DNA of 64,000 bases. Origin: Candidatus Eiseniibacteriota bacterium (GTDB taxonomy: Bacteria; Eisenbacteria; RBG-16-71-46; DASYSL01). The stretch spans positions 1 to 64,000 of the forward strand of contig JANPEF010000106.1 of NCBI GenBank assembly GCA_031431875.1, read 5' to 3'. The translations under genes and the position numbers were made by a program. Of this stretch, positions 1 through 8,994 are shown piece by piece (position 1 is the stretch's first letter; every line of letters starts with the position of its first letter). Under the pieces are notes generated by a model, which saw only the letters and a program-made list of their open reading frames with translations, was not told the DNA's origin and did no database searches.

Positions 1-65
1 AGCCCGATCGTGACGTAGGGCACTCGCGTGCGGCGGCTGTTGTCGTCTCCGATGGGGATGAACAC
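1..65 (-). CDS. Rhomboid-family intramembrane serine protease, N-terminus only (runs off the left edge)
   Basis: Not in the ORF track. Minus strand reads GTG-FIPIGDDNSRRTRVPYVTIG after a GGAGG SD (70-74). The IPxGDDN..R.PYVT pattern is a typical rhomboid N-terminus. Confidence 0.6.
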   Translation of the reverse strand, partial: MFIPIGDDNSRRTRVPYVTIG

Positions 66-116
66 CACGCCTCCGGGCCCGGGAAGACCGCAGCCTAGCA
101 CACGGCACCGTCGCCC

Positions 117-145
117 TTGTGCGCCCGCGCGAGGGGTTCTAGAGT
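117..145 (+). promoter_or_regulatory. Sigma70-type promoter candidate for the fol/pan operon
   Basis: TTGTGC-17 nt-TAGAGT upstream of folB. Confidence 0.45.
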
Positions 146-207
146 GGCGCTTCCATGGACACCGTGACTCGACCCCGGACCCATTCCGCGCATTCCCGGA
201 AGCCGTC

Positions 208-621
208 ATGGCGCTGATCCGCCTCGAGGGCCTGTCCCTCTTCGGCCGGCACGGCGCCACGGTCGGCGAGCGGCGCGTCGGCACGCGCCTCGACGTCGAC
301 GTCGAGGTCGAGCTGGACACGTCGCGCGCGGAGATGAGCGATCGCCTGGCCGACACCGTGTCGTACGATCGGATCGAGGTTCTGGTGCGCAGGGTGGTCG
401 AGGACGAGTCCTTCCGGCTGCTCGAGGCCCTGGGGGCGCGGATCGCAGCGCTTTGCGTCGAGAAGCTGGGGGTCGCGCGCTGCACGGTCGCTCTCACCAA
501 GCAGAACCTCGCGTGGCCCACCGGCGGCTGCGTCACGGTCGAGGTGACGCGCGTGGCGAGGACGGGTCGACCGGCGAAGCCGGCCAGGGCCGCAGGCCCT
601 GCCAAACCGAGGAAGTCATGA
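208..621 (+). CDS. folB: Dihydroneopterin aldolase
   Basis: IRLEGLSLFGRHG..ER..G, DRLADTVSYD, FRLLEAL and VALTK motifs; ATG at 208; adjacent to folK. Confidence 0.9.
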   Translation: MALIRLEGLSLFGRHGATVGERRVGTRLDVDVEVELDTSRAEMSDRLADTVSYDRIEVLVRRVVEDESFRLLEALGARIAALCVEKLGVARCTVALTKQNLAWPTGGCVTVEVTRVARTGRPAKPARAAGPAKPRKS

Positions 622-1115
622 AAGCCTACGTCGGCCTGGGTTCCAACCTGGGTGACCGCGAGAGCCAGATCCGCACCGCGATCGAGCAGATCGCGCTCCT
701 GCCCGAGACACAGCTCGTGCAGGGCTCCTCGCTGTACGACACGACCCCGGTCGGCGAGCTCGATCAGCCGAACTTCCTGAACGCAGTCGCGGTGTTCGAG
801 ACCGAACTCGAGCCCAGGGTGTTTCTCTGGAACCTGCTGTTGATCGAGCGGCGCCTGGGGCGCGTGCGTCGCGCCGACAGCCGGTATGGGCCGCGCACGA
901 TCGACCTCGATCTCCTGATCCATGGCGACACGATCCTCGACGAGCCCGGGATCACGCTGCCCCATCCCGAGATCGCGCGCCGCGCGTTCGTCCTCGTGCC
1001 GCTGGTCGAAGTCGACCCCCACCTGGTCCACCCGGCGCTGGGCGTGCCGGTCTCCACGCTCCTCGACCGCGTCGAGGCGCGGCCCTCGATCCGGCGCACG
1101 AGCAAGCTCTGGTGA
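618..1115 (+). CDS. folK: 2-amino-4-hydroxy-6-hydroxymethyldihydropteridine pyrophosphokinase
   Basis: YVGLGSNLG, QPNFLNAV, RYGPRTIDLDLL, LPHP, RAFVLVPL; ATGA overlap with folB. Confidence 0.95.
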   Translation: MKAYVGLGSNLGDRESQIRTAIEQIALLPETQLVQGSSLYDTTPVGELDQPNFLNAVAVFETELEPRVFLWNLLLIERRLGRVRRADSRYGPRTIDLDLLIHGDTILDEPGITLPHPEIARRAFVLVPLVEVDPHLVHPALGVPVSTLLDRVEARPSIRRTSKLW

Positions 1116-1960
1116 GCGCGCGCGAAGGGGAGAACCGCTACATCGTCGTCGAGGGCGTGATCGGCGCCGGGAAGACGAGCTTGTCCCGGCTTCTCTCCGA
1201 GAGACTCCATGGCCGCTTGTTGCTCGAAGAGGTCGAGGAGAATCCGTTCCTGAAAGACTTCTATACCGACCGCGCACGCTACGCATTCCAGACGCAGATG
1301 CATTTCTTGTTCAGTCGTTACCAGCAACAGCGGGAGCTCCGGCAGCAGGACTTGTTCAGGGAGAAGACGGTCTCAGACTATCTCTTTCAGAAGGACAGGA
1401 TCTTTGCAAACCTGAACCTGTCGGACAAGGAGCTGTCGCTCTACGAGAAGGTTGTCAGCTGGCTCGAGCTCGAGGTGACCCGACCCGATGTCGTCGTGTA
1501 TCTGCAGGCGGGCACCGACACGCTGCTCGAGCGCGTGGCAAAGCGCGGCCGGCCCTTCGAGCGCGACATGGATCGGGACTACATGCAGGCGCTCAACGAG
1601 GCGTATAATTACTTCTTCTTTCACTACAGCGAGGCGCCCACGCTCATCGTCAATACCAATGGGATCGACTTCGTCAGGAATCGCGCCGACCTGGAGGACC
1701 TCGAAGCCCGGATTCTCGCGCACAACGAAGGGACCGTGTACTACACGCCGATGCCGTCGAAGGACCGCCGTCGCATGCTGCTGGATGCCCCGGAGGCGGT
1801 GAAGCCTGCGGACACGGTCGCAGAGACGCCCTCGACCGACGCAGGACCTGTTACCGCCGCCACTCCCGACGACGAAACCAGCATTGCCGCCGACACCTCG
1901 GCCAAGCGCCCGAAAACCAAGCGGGCTGCCCGGGGCAAGTCGCCCGTGCGGGGGAATTGA
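1112..1960 (+). CDS. Deoxynucleoside kinase (dAK/dGK family) with a disordered C-terminal tail
   Basis: YIVVEGVIGAGKTSL P-loop, ENPFL..FY, FQTQMHFLFSRYQQ, RGRPFE lid; typical folK neighbour. Confidence 0.9.
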   Translation: MSAREGENRYIVVEGVIGAGKTSLSRLLSERLHGRLLLEEVEENPFLKDFYTDRARYAFQTQMHFLFSRYQQQRELRQQDLFREKTVSDYLFQKDRIFANLNLSDKELSLYEKVVSWLELEVTRPDVVVYLQAGTDTLLERVAKRGRPFERDMDRDYMQALNEAYNYFFFHYSEAPTLIVNTNGIDFVRNRADLEDLEARILAHNEGTVYYTPMPSKDRRRMLLDAPEAVKPADTVAETPSTDAGPVTAATPDDETSIAADTSAKRPKTKRAARGKSPVRGN

Positions 1961-2766
1961 TGCACGACCGTTTCACTGCACCTGCGATTCGGGCCCTCAA
2001 GTTGGACGGCAAAAAGCTCGTCTGCGTCACAGCGTACGATTTCCCCTCGGCAAGGCTGGCCTCCGATGCGGGCATCGAATTACTTCTCGTCGGCGACTCG
2101 CTGGGAATGGTCGTGCTGGGCTACGAGTCCACGCTGCCGGTGACCATGGACGACATGCTGCATCACGTGAGGGCCGTGACGCGCGCGAAGCCGCGCTCGC
2201 TGGTGATCGGCGACCTCCCGTTCATGTCGTACCAGACCGGTCCGATCGATGCGCTGCGAAACGCCGGCCGCCTGGTGCAGGAGGGCGGGGCCGACGCCGT
2301 GAAGCTCGAGGGCGGCGCGCGCGTGGCCGAAGCGGTGCGCGCGATCGTCGAGGCCGGGATCCCGGTCATGGGGCACCTGGGCCTCACGCCGCAGAGCGTG
2401 CTGGCGATGGGCGGCTACCGCGTGCAGGGCAAGGGCGACGAAGCCGGGTCGCGCCTGATGCGCGAGGCGAAGTTGCTCGAGTCGTGCGGAGCATTCGCGC
2501 TGGTGCTCGAGGGCATTCCGCGGGCGCTGGCGAAGGATGTCACCGCGGCGCTCACGATCCCGACGATCGGCATCGGCGCCGGGCCCGACTGTGACGGACA
2601 GGTGCTCGTGTGGCACGACTTCCTGGGGCTGGGGCATGGCCACGTCGCGAAGTTCGTGCGCCGCTATGCCGACCTGAACGCCGCCACGGCCGACGGCCTC
2701 GCGCGTTTTGCCGCCGACGTCCGCAGCGGTGCGTTCCCGTCGGCTGACGAGTCGTATGGTCCGTAA
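1960..2766 (+). CDS. panB: 3-methyl-2-oxobutanoate hydroxymethyltransferase
   Basis: TAYD, LLVGDSLGMV, DLPFMSY, VKLEGG, GHLGLTPQS, IGIGAG..CDGQVLV. Confidence 0.97.
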   Translation: MHDRFTAPAIRALKLDGKKLVCVTAYDFPSARLASDAGIELLLVGDSLGMVVLGYESTLPVTMDDMLHHVRAVTRAKPRSLVIGDLPFMSYQTGPIDALRNAGRLVQEGGADAVKLEGGARVAEAVRAIVEAGIPVMGHLGLTPQSVLAMGGYRVQGKGDEAGSRLMREAKLLESCGAFALVLEGIPRALAKDVTAALTIPTIGIGAGPDCDGQVLVWHDFLGLGHGHVAKFVRRYADLNAATADGLARFAADVRSGAFPSADESYGP

Positions 2767-3688
2767 GCGGCCGAGGGGCGCTGTCCCGCGGGAGGTCCCC
2801 TCCGTCTCCTCGGTCGGGGCGGTGCGCCGCATCGTCGCGGGCTGGCGCGTGCGCGGGGAGCGCATCGCCTTCGTGCCGACCATGGGCTACCTGCACGAGG
2901 GGCACCTGTCGCTGGTCCGCCGGGCGGCGCGGGTGGCCGATCGCGTGATCGTCAGCGTGTTCGTCAATCCATTGCAGTTCGGGCCGCGCGAGGATTTCGC
3001 CGCGTACCCGAGGGATTGGTCGCGGGATCGCCGGCTCCTGGGGGAGGTCGCGACCGATCTCGTGTTCACGCCGCAGCCCCGCCTCTACGTTGCGCCCGAT
3101 CATGCGACCCGCATCTCGGTCGAGGGCGTGGCGCGTCCGCTCGAAGGCGAGAAGCGCCCCGGGCACTTTGCCGGCGTGGCGACGGTGGTTGCGAAGCTGC
3201 TGAACTCGGTGATCCCCGACGACCTATGGCTCGGGCAGAAGGACGCGCAGCAGGTCGCCGTGGTGCGCCGGATGATGTCGGATCTCGATTCCCCCGTGCA
3301 GTTGCACGTGGGCCCGACCGTGCGCGAGCGCGACGGGCTGGCCATGTCCTCGCGCAACGTGTGGCTCATGCCTGGCGAGCGCGCGCAGGCGCCGTTGCTG
3401 TACAAGGCCCTCAAGGCGGGGCGCGACGCGCTGCGCGAGGGTGATGCCCCGCGCGGCGGGTGTCACTCGGTCGCCGCTCGTGCGCGCGCCGCCGAACGCG
3501 CCATGGCGCGCGTGCTCGCCGCTGCGACCCTGGGGCGCCTCGACTACGCGGCGGCGGTGGATCCGCACACTTTCCAGCCGCCGATCGACGTCGCGCCACC
3601 ACGCCGGGTCCTGCTGCTCGTCGCCGTGCGCTTTCCCTCGGCACGGCTCATCGACAACGTGCCCGTACTCCTTGGCTCCGCACGATGA
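2756..3688 (+). CDS. panC: Pantoate-beta-alanine ligase
   Basis: FVPTMGYLHEGH, SVFVNPLQF, RPGHF.GV, GQKDAQQ, RERDGLAMSSRN, RLIDN. Start position is uncertain. Confidence 0.95.
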   Translation: MVRKRPRGAVPREVPSVSSVGAVRRIVAGWRVRGERIAFVPTMGYLHEGHLSLVRRAARVADRVIVSVFVNPLQFGPREDFAAYPRDWSRDRRLLGEVATDLVFTPQPRLYVAPDHATRISVEGVARPLEGEKRPGHFAGVATVVAKLLNSVIPDDLWLGQKDAQQVAVVRRMMSDLDSPVQLHVGPTVRERDGLAMSSRNVWLMPGERAQAPLLYKALKAGRDALREGDAPRGGCHSVAARARAAERAMARVLAAATLGRLDYAAAVDPHTFQPPIDVAPPRRVLLLVAVRFPSARLIDNVPVLLGSAR

Positions 3689-4482
3689 ATCCTTCCAGCG
3701 CCACCGCCGTCATCCTCGCTGCGGGCGAGGGCAAGCGCATGGAGTCGGACCTCGCCAAGGTGTTGCACCCGATCGCGCGTCGACCGCTGCTCGACCACGT
3801 CCTCGCCGCCTGCGAGGACGCGGGCGTGGCCCGGGCCGTCGTCGTCGTGGGCGCGCGTCGCGAGCAGGTGATCGCCTGGCTCGCGGCGCGGCCCCGGACC
3901 GCGATGGACGTGCGCTACGCCGTGCAGGCCGAGCAGCTGGGCACCGGCCACGCGCTGCGCTGTGCCTTCCCGGTCGTCGACGAAGGGGGCACACCGGTGC
4001 GGCTGGCCGTCCTGTGTGGCGACGCGCCTCTACTACGCCCGCACACGGTCAGAGCGCTCTTCGAGCGCCACACGGCAAACCATGCCGCAGCCACGATCCT
4101 GACAGCCGACCTGCCTGATCCAACCGGGTATGGCCGCGTCATCCGGGACGTGAGTGGCAATGTCGAGAAGATCGTCGAGCACAAGGACGCCACGGAGGCC
4201 GAGCGCGCCGTGCACGAGATCAACAGTGCCGACTACGTGTTCGACACCGAGGAGGTGCGCTCGGCGCTGGCCGCGGTCACCGCCGACAACAACCAGGGCG
4301 AGTACTACCTCACGGACACCATCGCGATCCTCAAGGCACGCGGGCGCACGGTCGTCGCCTGCAAGGCCGACGATCCACGCGAAGTGCTGGGCGTGAACAC
4401 CGTCCAGCAATTGGCCGAGGCCGCGCTTGCCCTCGCAGAGATCGAGGCCCGCGAAGCGGGCCGGAAAGGGAGCCCCGCATGA
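3685..4482 (+). CDS. GlmU-like N-acetylglucosamine-1-phosphate uridyltransferase, N-terminal domain only
   Basis: ILAAGEGKRM, KVLH, QLGTGHA, GDAP, PTGYGRVIR, NNQGEYYLTD, LGVNT; ends before the LbH acetyltransferase domain. Confidence 0.85.
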   Translation: MNPSSATAVILAAGEGKRMESDLAKVLHPIARRPLLDHVLAACEDAGVARAVVVVGARREQVIAWLAARPRTAMDVRYAVQAEQLGTGHALRCAFPVVDEGGTPVRLAVLCGDAPLLRPHTVRALFERHTANHAAATILTADLPDPTGYGRVIRDVSGNVEKIVEHKDATEAERAVHEINSADYVFDTEEVRSALAAVTADNNQGEYYLTDTIAILKARGRTVVACKADDPREVLGVNTVQQLAEAALALAEIEAREAGRKGSPA

Positions 4483-4970
4483 ATCGCATCTTCGCCGGCT
4501 GGCGCATGCGTTACGTGGCGACGGCGGGCAGGACGTCGGGCTGCCTGTTCTGCGCACTCAGGAAGAAGGGCGACGACCGCTCGCGCTGGATGCTCGAGCG
4601 CGGGCCGCGGGCGTTTCTCGTGCTCAACGCGTTTCCGTACAACTCGGGCCACGTCATGGTCGCGGTGAACCGGCATGTCGGCACGATTGCCGGGCTGACC
4701 CCGGCCGAGCGCGACGACGTGTGGCGCCTGCTCGATCGCTCCGAGCGCGCGATCCAGCGCGTCTATCGGCCCGAGGGCCTGAACGTGGGCGTGAATCTTG
4801 GTCGCGCCGCCGGTGCCGGCGTGGATGGGCACCTGCACGTGCATGTCGTCCCGCGGTGGAACGGCGACACCAACTTCATGGCCACCGTCGGGGAGACGCG
4901 TGTGCTTCCCGAGGACCTGACCGCGACCTATGACCGCATCGAGGCGGCGCTGGGAGCGCTTCGCCGATGA
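4479..4970 (+). CDS. HIT-family hydrolase (Ap4A phosphorylase/FHIT-like)
   Basis: GWRMRYV, CLFC, LNAFPYNSGH, HLHVHVVPRW histidine triad. Confidence 0.9.
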   Translation: MNRIFAGWRMRYVATAGRTSGCLFCALRKKGDDRSRWMLERGPRAFLVLNAFPYNSGHVMVAVNRHVGTIAGLTPAERDDVWRLLDRSERAIQRVYRPEGLNVGVNLGRAAGAGVDGHLHVHVVPRWNGDTNFMATVGETRVLPEDLTATYDRIEAALGALRR

Positions 4971-5461
4971 ACGGCACCCCGCGGGGCCTGGTCCCCGTGC
5001 TGCTCCTCGTGGTCTTCGCCTTCGCGGGGTCCGCGGCGTGGCAATGGTGGGGGCCGGGCGCCTCGTCGCTCACCACGTTCGTCCCCGGGGAAACTCCGGG
5101 CGGCGGCCGGCCCCTGCCCGCGCGGCCGAAGGCACCCGCGTTCGAGGGGGCCCCGGTCCGGATCGAGGTCGTGAATGGCTCGGGCGAGCCCGGGGCGGCG
5201 GCAAAACTGGCATCGTATCTGCGCGAGGGAGGGTTTAATGTCGTCCTCGTGGGTTCCGGCGACCGCTACGACTACGTGCGGACGATCGTCGTGGACCGCA
5301 CCGGGAGCGAGCGAGCGGCCGCCGCGGTCGCCGCCTACCTTGGCCCGGTGCAGCGTGTGCGCCAGCGCGCCCGCTCGGAGGCCGACGTGACGATCGTCGT
5401 CGGCCGTGACCGGGGCAGGGTGCCGTGGGGCGAGGGACGGACCGCGAAGGGAAAGGGGTGA
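4967..5461 (+). CDS. Membrane-anchored LytR C-terminal domain protein
   Basis: N-terminal TM helix; IEVVNGSGEPGAA and ADVTIVVGRD are LytR_C motifs. Confidence 0.8.
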   Translation: MNGTPRGLVPVLLLVVFAFAGSAAWQWWGPGASSLTTFVPGETPGGGRPLPARPKAPAFEGAPVRIEVVNGSGEPGAAAKLASYLREGGFNVVLVGSGDRYDYVRTIVVDRTGSERAAAAVAAYLGPVQRVRQRARSEADVTIVVGRDRGRVPWGEGRTAKGKG

Positions 5462-5468
5462 GGACGCG

Positions 5469-5663
5469 ATGCCACAGATCGGAGCCACCGAGCTCATCAT
5501 CATCCTGCTCGCCGTGCTCGTCCTGTTCGGGGCGAACCAGATTCCCAAGTTCGCGCGCAACCTGGGCCAGGGAATGAAGGAGTTCAAGAAGGCCGCGCGC
5601 GAGCTGACCGAGGAAGACAAGGACGACGCGACGCCGCCCCGGAAGGACGTGAATTCCCAGTGA
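5469..5663 (+). CDS. tatA: Twin-arginine translocase subunit TatA
   Basis: IGATELIIIL..LVLFG...IPKFARNLGQGMKEFKK. Confidence 0.92.
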   Translation: MPQIGATELIIILLAVLVLFGANQIPKFARNLGQGMKEFKKAARELTEEDKDDATPPRKDVNSQ

Positions 5664-5727
5664 GCCCAGCGTAGCCGGTCGAACTCGTAATTCGGCGATC
5701 GCGTCGGCGCGACCAATCGTTTCACCA

Positions 5728-5765
5728 AGAAGCCCTCCACACGTCGCCGTGAGGAGGGCTCTTGT
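5728..5765. terminator. Hairpin between convergent tatA and surA/ppiD (possibly bidirectional terminator)
   Basis: AGCCCTCC...GGAGGGCT inverted repeat. Confidence 0.55.
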
Positions 5766-5806
5766 CATTCCGGCTCCCGTGTCGGCCCGCGGCCGCCGTC
5801 AACTAA

Positions 5807-7636
5807 CTACAGAGTCTCTTCGACATCCTGGCGCAGGTCCTCGACCTTCGTGTCGGCCACGGTGCGATCGATCCACGCGCGCAGCCACCGCTGCTGGCGG
5901 CTGCTCAGGAGCTGGCTCGAGAGATTGCCCTTCATCTGCTGATAGAGGAGCGGATCGCCTGCGGCCGCTGCATCCTTGCGCACGAGGTAGACGCCGGTCG
6001 GCGCGACGACCGGGCCTCCAGTGGCGCCCACGGCGAGGCCGAACGCGAGCCCGACCGCGCGCGGCGCGGGCGTGAGGCGCGGATCGGGGTTCGAGCGCGG
6101 GAAGAGCTCGGTCGCGATCACCGCCGTGCCGGCATCCGTCGCGGCCTGCTCGAGCGACTTCCCGCCCTTGACCGCGGCCAGCATCTTCTGTGCATCGGCC
6201 AGCGGCTTCGCCTGGCGCAGCGCGAGCTCGACCGCGCGGCGCACGTCCTCCTTCGCGTCGTCGAAGGGGCGCGGACCGGCCTCGCGACGATCGACGATCT
6301 GGACCAGGACCCAGCCCGTCTCGGTGCCGTAGGCGCGGCTCACGTCGCCCTTCTTCGCGCGCACGGCCCACTGCTGGACGTGCGGCATCTGCAGGAGCGC
6401 GGGCTCGAACTGCCCCTGCGCGAACCAGCCCGTGCTCGTCGCCACCAGGCCGCGGGCCGCGGCCAGTTCGCCCATCGGGGCCTTGGTCGCGTCGGCACGC
6501 AGCTTGCGGACCGCCTCGACATCGGCCTGCATGGACTCGGACGACGGATGGATCGGCTTCTGGATCTGGGCGAGGCGGACCGTGGCCTCGCCGACCGGTG
6601 GCTGCGTCCGGTTCAGCAGCTTGAATACGAAGTAGGTGTTGCCGTCCCTGATCGGATCCGTGACGTCCCCGATCTGCATCGTGGCGACGACCGGTTGCAG
6701 CGGCCCCGGCAGGCGCGAGACCGGAACGTCCTGCCCGATGTCACCGCCGCGATCGGCGAACGGTCCCTCGGAGCTCTCCTGCGCGATGGCCGCGAAGTCG
6801 CGGCCGGCGCGGGCCTCGGCGACAAGCGCGATCGCCTCGAGGCGAGTCGTCGAGTCCTGGGACGCGCCGACCGACAGCGGGAACTGCACGATGTCGGCCT
6901 TGACCTGCGCGACGCCCTCGAACTCGGCCTTGTGAGCCTCGTAGTGGGCCTTGAGGGCGGTGTCGTTGAGCTTCGTCGTGTCGACCGAGGCCATGTCGAG
7001 CGGCAGCAGCACGAGCGACACCTGCGCCTGCTCATACTGGTTGGCGTACAGCCGCTGCAGTTCGGGCTCCGAGATCTTGACCCCGGCAATGACGCGTTCC
7101 TCGAGGCGCTGGGCGGGCAGGATGCCGCGCAGGCGCTCCTCGAGCGGGCTCCAGTCGATCGACGGGTCGGCCAGGGCCGACTGCCACTTGGTCCGGTCGA
7201 AGCTGCCGTTGGTCATGAACGCTGGATTCGACGTGATGTCCGGGGGGGGCGTGTTCTTCGCGGCGTAGACCACCTCGGCGTCGGTGGCGGTGAAGCCATA
7301 GCGGGCGGCAACCGCGTTGACCGATCGCTCGGTGACCAGGTTGAACCAGGCCTGCTCGCGCAGCAGCGCGCCGTCGCGGCCCTGCGCCTTGGTGCCGTAC
7401 TGCGCCTGGTAGTTGGACTCGGCCGAGGCGAGGGCTCCCGTGTACTGGGCCTGGCGGACCGTGGTGTCGCCGACCTTGCCGACCGTGTCCGTGGCCTGCA
7501 TGGCGCGGGACATGTCGCCTGCACCGGATCCGAAGATGAAGATGAAGCCGCCGATGAACGTGACGACGGTGCCGATCGTCAGGATCCACCACAGGGTGCG
7601 AATCCGCTTCGATCCGCTCCGAAAGTGCTTGAGCAT
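5807..7636 (-). CDS. SurA/PpiD-type periplasmic peptidyl-prolyl isomerase chaperone
   Basis: MLKHFR start, N-terminal TM, SurA_N-like helical region, parvulin motif DFAAIAQESSE...RGGDIG, C-terminal VEDLR. Confidence 0.85.
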   Translation of the reverse strand: MLKHFRSGSKRIRTLWWILTIGTVVTFIGGFIFIFGSGAGDMSRAMQATDTVGKVGDTTVRQAQYTGALASAESNYQAQYGTKAQGRDGALLREQAWFNLVTERSVNAVAARYGFTATDAEVVYAAKNTPPPDITSNPAFMTNGSFDRTKWQSALADPSIDWSPLEERLRGILPAQRLEERVIAGVKISEPELQRLYANQYEQAQVSLVLLPLDMASVDTTKLNDTALKAHYEAHKAEFEGVAQVKADIVQFPLSVGASQDSTTRLEAIALVAEARAGRDFAAIAQESSEGPFADRGGDIGQDVPVSRLPGPLQPVVATMQIGDVTDPIRDGNTYFVFKLLNRTQPPVGEATVRLAQIQKPIHPSSESMQADVEAVRKLRADATKAPMGELAAARGLVATSTGWFAQGQFEPALLQMPHVQQWAVRAKKGDVSRAYGTETGWVLVQIVDRREAGPRPFDDAKEDVRRAVELALRQAKPLADAQKMLAAVKGGKSLEQAATDAGTAVIATELFPRSNPDPRLTPAPRAVGLAFGLAVGATGGPVVAPTGVYLVRKDAAAAGDPLLYQQMKGNLSSQLLSSRQQRWLRAWIDRTVADTKVEDLRQDVEETL

Positions 7637-7720
7637 GCGCAGGAAACTCCGCTTGAGCGACGCCGGGAGGGCCGGAGGCGGGCGGACCATGCGGCCCGAG
7701 CGTCCGGCGAGGGACCCCGG

Positions 7721-7750
7721 ATTCTAGCACGCGCGGCGGGGGGCACTCAA
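7721..7750 (-). promoter_or_regulatory. Sigma70 promoter for surA/ppiD
   Basis: Minus strand TTGAGT-18 nt-TAGAAT with extended TGn. Confidence 0.6.
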
Positions 7751-7872
7751 CGCCGCTCCACGCCGCTCGGCGGCGCGCCAGAGCCGATGAAAGGCTTGCC
7801 TTCGCCCGCGCGGTGCGGCACGTTGACCGCACGGAGTCGTTTCGCACTTCCCTTCTGCGAAGGCATGGACGC

Positions 7873-8976
7873 ATGGCCGGACGCAACGCATCGGATGAAG
7901 TCCTCGCGCCCGCCGCCGCGGACGCCGCTGCCGCGACGCTGCCCGCCCAGGTGCTCGACGCGCTCGACCAGGTGGTCGTCGCGCTCGATCGCGATCGCCG
8001 CGTGCTGTACGCCAACCGCCGGATCGGCGAACTCCTCGGCGTCGGCCCCGAGACGCTCGTCGGCCAGGCCGCCAAGGACCTGTTCCAGGGCATCGACGCG
8101 AAGTGGCTGCGCGGTGCTTCGTCCGAGTCGCGAGACTTCCGGCTGTCGGCCGAGGGGCGCGAGGTCACGCTCAAGGCCGAGGCCGCCCAGATGCGCTCGG
8201 AGAGTGGCGAGGTGCTGGGCTCGGTCGTGCTCGCCGACGCGGTGGCCGAGACCGAGGACGGCGAGTTCCAGAAGAAGATTGATCGACTCGTCTCGCTCGG
8301 CGAGCTGTCGGCCTACGTCGCGCACGAGATCCGCAATCCCCTCACGGGGATTCGCACCACGGTTCAGTTCGTGTCCTCCAAGCTCAAGCCCAACGACGCG
8401 CGTCGCGAGGACCTGGACGACGTGATCAAGGAGCTCGACCGCATCGAGCAGATCATCACCGGGCTGCTCCTGTTCGCCCGTCCGCAGAGCGGCCGCCCGT
8501 CGGCCTGCGGCATCGAGTCCGTGGTCGAGAAGACGCTGGCCGGCATCGAGCTGCAGCTTGCCGACGCCGGCGTCGGGCTCGAACGTGATTTTGCGGCCGA
8601 GCTGCCCGAGCTCTGGCTCGACCCCGATCTGGTGCACCAGGTCTTTCTCAATCTGAGCCTGAACGCGATTCAGGCCATGCCCCAGGGGGGCACGCTCACG
8701 GTGACGACCGGCATGCGCCGTTACAGGACAAGGCGTTCCTTCGTCGACGTGTCGTTCACGGATACCGGTCAGGGAATCCCGAAAGAGGCGATGGAGAAGA
8801 TCTTCGATCCATTTTTCACAACCCGGTCCATGGGAACGGGACTCGGCCTGTCGATCTCCCTGCAAATCGTCCGGGATCACGGTGGCGTGATCACCGCCAA
8901 GAACAATCCGGCCGGGGGCGCGACCTTCCGCGTCTCGTTCCCGCTGCCGCCCGCCGAGACGGCGGAGAAGCCGTGA
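7873..8976 (+). CDS. Cytoplasmic PAS-domain sensor histidine kinase (NtrB-like)
   Basis: PAS region, VAHEIRNPL H-box, QVFLNL..NAIQAM, DTGQGI, FDPFFTT, GTGLGL; no TM segment seen. Confidence 0.93.
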   Translation: MAGRNASDEVLAPAAADAAAATLPAQVLDALDQVVVALDRDRRVLYANRRIGELLGVGPETLVGQAAKDLFQGIDAKWLRGASSESRDFRLSAEGREVTLKAEAAQMRSESGEVLGSVVLADAVAETEDGEFQKKIDRLVSLGELSAYVAHEIRNPLTGIRTTVQFVSSKLKPNDARREDLDDVIKELDRIEQIITGLLLFARPQSGRPSACGIESVVEKTLAGIELQLADAGVGLERDFAAELPELWLDPDLVHQVFLNLSLNAIQAMPQGGTLTVTTGMRRYRTRRSFVDVSFTDTGQGIPKEAMEKIFDPFFTTRSMGTGLGLSISLQIVRDHGGVITAKNNPAGGATFRVSFPLPPAETAEKP

Positions 8977-8994
8977 GGCAGCCATGAGGCATCC

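Noticed and set aside
7816..7831. CGGCAC-GTTGA-CCGCA as a sigma54 promoter for the sensor kinase
   Set aside because: Spacing fits but both half-sites are degenerate, and an overlapping sigma70-like TTGCCT-17-CACGTT is equally plausible.
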